From Cyanophyceae cyanobacterium (GTDB lineage Bacteria; Cyanobacteriota; Cyanobacteriia; Cyanobacteriales; JBHJGN01): a stretch of DNA of 64,000 nucleotides. The stretch is taken from NCBI GenBank assembly GCA_050331735.1, contig JBHJGN010000011.1, positions 235,119 to 299,118 on the forward strand, read 5' to 3'. This document shows, one piece after another, positions 61,217 to 64,000 of this stretch. Every line of letters begins with the position of its first letter. Positions within the stretch are counted from its first letter, which is position 1. Made by a program: the position numbers and the translations under genes. Below the pieces are notes generated by a model, which searched no databases, was not told the origin of the DNA, and worked only from the letters and a program-made list of their open reading frames with translations.

Positions 61217-61540
61217 CTAAAGATATTTCTCTAAAGTATTTGCTAGTGTTGTTTTCGGAACAGCTCCTACCACCATGTCAACTCTTTGACCTCCCTTAAA
61301 AATCATCAGAGTAGGAATGCTGCGAATTCCGTACTGACTCGCAATATTGGGATTTTCGTCTGTGTTGAGCTTGACGACCTTAACTTTCCCTTCGTACTGT
61401 TCTGAAATTTCATCAACCACTGGCGCGACCATTCGGCAGGGTCCGCACCAAGGAGCCCAAAAATCGACGAGAACCGGAACATCGCTTTCTAGAACATCCT
61501 CTTTGAAGCTTGAATCTGTAACTGATGGCGTTGCTGACAT
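61217..61540 (-). CDS. trxA: thioredoxin (m-type)
   Basis: [20 protein letters not shown]. Confidence 0.97.
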   Translation of the reverse strand: MSATPSVTDSSFKEDVLESDVPVLVDFWAPWCGPCRMVAPVVDEISEQYEGKVKVVKLNTDENPNIASQYGIRSIPTLMIFKGGQRVDMVVGAVPKTTLANTLEKYL

Positions 61541-61697
61541 GCCAAGATTTCCTTATTACTTTCTAAATCTATGCGCTAATGCACAAGTATATCAAAAATA
61601 ACTATTTTGAGCAAAATATAGTATGCTGTGAGACAAATCTTTACTATCTTCTCCCGCTCTTTTTGAGCCTTTCGATCTGGTAATATTATCTATTTAT

Positions 61698-61766
61698 AAG
61701 GAACCGCCCGAACTTAGTTCGGGCGGAGTGTGGTGTGAGGAGTGAACGGAAACGTTTGTCTCCGCT
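61698..61766 (-). ncRNA. yfr1: Yfr1 small RNA
   Basis: Minus strand carries the invariant ACTCCTCACAC (61733-61743) between a 5' hairpin and CCGCCCGAAC-TAA-GTTCGGGCGG; TACAAT -10 box upstream; usual position upstream of trxA. Confidence 0.93.
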
Positions 61767-61939
61767 TTTTCTATTGTAAAGGACAAATTTAAATTTGTTA
61801 GCACTTTGTACAGGGAAAAAAGAGGTTGATAATAGCCTAGGTGTTTACACTGAATTTAAACAAAATCTTGGAAATTCCAGTTTTTCTTAATCAAGGGACC
61901 ACCAGACGGTATTTATTTTTTATAAAGTGCGAGTAAGCG

Positions 61940-63607
61940 ATGTTATCAAAACCGCAACAAAATTCCGGATTTCGGTTAGCAATAATTGCCGCGATCGCCT
62001 TCTTAATATTTGCGCTTGTGCTGACGCTGCACCGTCACTTGACATTTTATTCTTCCTACGACCAGGGCATTTTTAATCAGGTTTTTTGGAACGGCATTCA
62101 CGGTCGGTTTTTCCAAAGTTCTCTTTCGAGTCAGCTATCGACCAACGTCGTTCACAGCGGCGAAGTTCCCTCGGTTCGCTACCATCGTCTCGGACAACAC
62201 TTTACACCGGCGCTACTGCTTTGGCTACCGCTTTACTCGCTATTTCCGCATCCGGTAACTTTGACAATCCTGCAAGTTATTTTGGTAACTGCTGCTGGTT
62301 TAGTTCTATACGTGTTAGCAAGACAGTATCTAGAGCCACAGATAGCTGGAATGATTACCGTCAGTTTTTATGGCGCTAACGCAGTTTTGGGACCAACGCT
62401 GGCTAATTTTCACGACAGTTGCCAAACCCCTCTGTTGGTTTTCTCAATTTTGCTGGCGATGGAAAAAAGGTGGTGGTGGCTGTTTGGGCTGTTGGCTATT
62501 TTCCTACTGGGAGTACGAGAAGATAGCGGCATTATTCTATTTGGAATTGGTGCTTATTTAATCGCCAGTCGGCGCTATCCTCGCCTCGGGCTAGCAGTTT
62601 GTCTAGTCAGCTTTGCCTACATTTTGGTGTTGACAAACCTGATTATGCCCCTATTTTCTGAAGATATTTCCAAGCGGTTTATGCTGGAGCGATTTGGTCA
62701 ATATGTGGAGGGAGATGAAGCTTCTACCGTGGAGGTTCTCGGAGGCATGCTGAGTCAACCGTGGCTGCTGCTCGTCGAGCTAGGGACTCCAGGCGGTGAA
62801 ACCGTTCGCTATCTGCTCGGACACTGGCTGCCGCTCGCTTTTGTGCCGGCGATCGCTCCTGCTGCCTGGATGGTAGCGGGCTTTCCCCTCCTGAAATTAC
62901 TGCTAGGTCAGGGCATGTCGGTGTTATCGATTACAGTTCGCTACGCTCTCACGGTTGTTCCCGGACTATTCTACGGCACGATTCTGTGGTGGGCCGGACA
63001 GGGATGGCACTATTTTATCCAGACAAAGCCCAAGGCGCATCCAAGAAAGTTAACCCCGCTCTTTCGCCGCTTCTGGATCTTTTGCCTCACCCTATCTTTG
63101 CTGCTGACTGTAGCTTCTAACCCTAATCGAACTCTTTATTTTATCATTCCTGATTCGGTTCAGCCCTGGGTTTATGTTCCGTTAGCTCAACAGTGGCAGC
63201 GAGCCGATCAAATCCGGAGTCTTCTCTCGCAAATACCTGCCGATGCCAGTGTTTCTGCAACGACCTATCTCATTCCTCATCTCTCTGGTCGAAGAGAGGT
63301 GATTCGGATGCCAGCGTTACAGCTTCGCAATGATGAAGAGCAGGTGATCGACGTAGAATGGGCGATCGCCGATCTGTGGCAGCTCCGGCGGTATCAAGAA
63401 GCGTTCAAGCGCGATCGCCAAAGCCTCTTGGAAATAGTCAACCTCATTGAGCGCGTTACCGACACCAAAAAGTACGGCATCATCGGATTTAACAATGGCG
63501 TGATTCTGCTGCAAAAAGGAGCGAGTTCTCAGCCAGAAGCGCTGACGGCTTGGCTCGCCTTTCGCCAGGAGCTATCGGAGGAAATTGGGGAAAAGGGGAA
63601 AGGGTAA
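61940..63607 (+). CDS. DUF2079 family membrane protein (GT-C-like)
   Basis: YDQGIFNQVFWN, GQHFTP, NFHD, VRED; many TM helices. Confidence 0.83.
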   Translation: MLSKPQQNSGFRLAIIAAIAFLIFALVLTLHRHLTFYSSYDQGIFNQVFWNGIHGRFFQSSLSSQLSTNVVHSGEVPSVRYHRLGQHFTPALLLWLPLYSLFPHPVTLTILQVILVTAAGLVLYVLARQYLEPQIAGMITVSFYGANAVLGPTLANFHDSCQTPLLVFSILLAMEKRWWWLFGLLAIFLLGVREDSGIILFGIGAYLIASRRYPRLGLAVCLVSFAYILVLTNLIMPLFSEDISKRFMLERFGQYVEGDEASTVEVLGGMLSQPWLLLVELGTPGGETVRYLLGHWLPLAFVPAIAPAAWMVAGFPLLKLLLGQGMSVLSITVRYALTVVPGLFYGTILWWAGQGWHYFIQTKPKAHPRKLTPLFRRFWIFCLTLSLLLTVASNPNRTLYFIIPDSVQPWVYVPLAQQWQRADQIRSLLSQIPADASVSATTYLIPHLSGRREVIRMPALQLRNDEEQVIDVEWAIADLWQLRRYQEAFKRDRQSLLEIVNLIERVTDTKKYGIIGFNNGVILLQKGASSQPEALTAWLAFRQELSEEIGEKGKG

Positions 63608-63767
63608 GGGGGAAAGGGAATCCTCAAATACTTCTTGTATTCATAACCCTTGATCTACCCATTCGCGGAGTGTCTCGACTAGCTAACTCCTGGCCAGAGA
63701 CTCAATAGGCATGACTAGGCAGAGAGCCCGTTTTACTTCATGGAAGACAACCGGCAATATGCAGCAT

Positions 63768-63799
63768 AAAAAAATAGCCCCTCCTGGGAAGGGAGGGGC
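63768..63799 (-). terminator. intrinsic terminator after psbD
   Basis: Minus strand GCCCCTCC...GGAGGGGC then a T-run. Confidence 0.75.
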
Positions 63800-63825
63800 C
63801 GCTTGATTAACTCACCAAACTGAGT

Positions 63826-64000
63826 TTAGAGAGCGTTACCACGAGGTAGAACTTCTTCAGGAAATTCAAACTTCTGGTGGGGTTGGTCTTGAGGAGCCAT
63901 CCAGGCTCTCAAGCCCTCGTTGAGCAGGATGTTCTTGGTGTAGAACGTCTCAAACTCCGGGTCTTCTGCCGCCCGGATCTCCTGGGAGACGAAGTCGTAG
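63826..64000 (-). CDS. psbD: photosystem II D2 protein, 3' end (partial; stand-alone copy)
   Basis: [57 protein letters not shown]; no psbC follows. Confidence 0.97.
   Translation of the reverse strand, partial: YDFVSQEIRAAEDPEFETFYTKNILLNEGLRAWMAPQDQPHQKFEFPEEVLPRGNAL

Overview
Chromosomal segment of a cyanobacterium: HIP1 octamers GCGATCGC are frequent, and psbM, psbO, psbD, ycf3, hli, flv1/flv3, sigF and Yfr1 are present. Most of it is core genome: rfbC-D-A-B rhamnose operon, apocarotenoid oxygenase/folate transporter, TolC, ggt, asnS, pmgA, rlmD, sigA, thiO-thiG, glnB, trxA and a stand-alone psbD copy. I saw no tRNA/rRNA, CRISPR array, intact transposase or prophage. Accessory material is small-scale. 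(i) A family of intergenic micro-elements built from 13-nt 5-3-5 hairpins. The stems co-vary but the loop is nearly always C-GNA-G on one strand, a motif known to be very stable in single-stranded DNA. (ii) A 24-nt element with the same hairpin, inserted into a HIP1-like site of an xisI-like gene, where it creates an in-frame amber stop. (iii) A cassette of small genes and remnants (GrpB, DUF6888-like, DUF6887-like, nitrilase fragment) between flv3 and flv1. (iv) An acyltransferase and an orphan Lhr-like helicase. A lipoprotein coupled to sigF has PilP hallmarks, and the TolC carries an unusually long acidic surface loop. All family assignments come from motif recognition by eye. No searches were run, and several start codons are best guesses.
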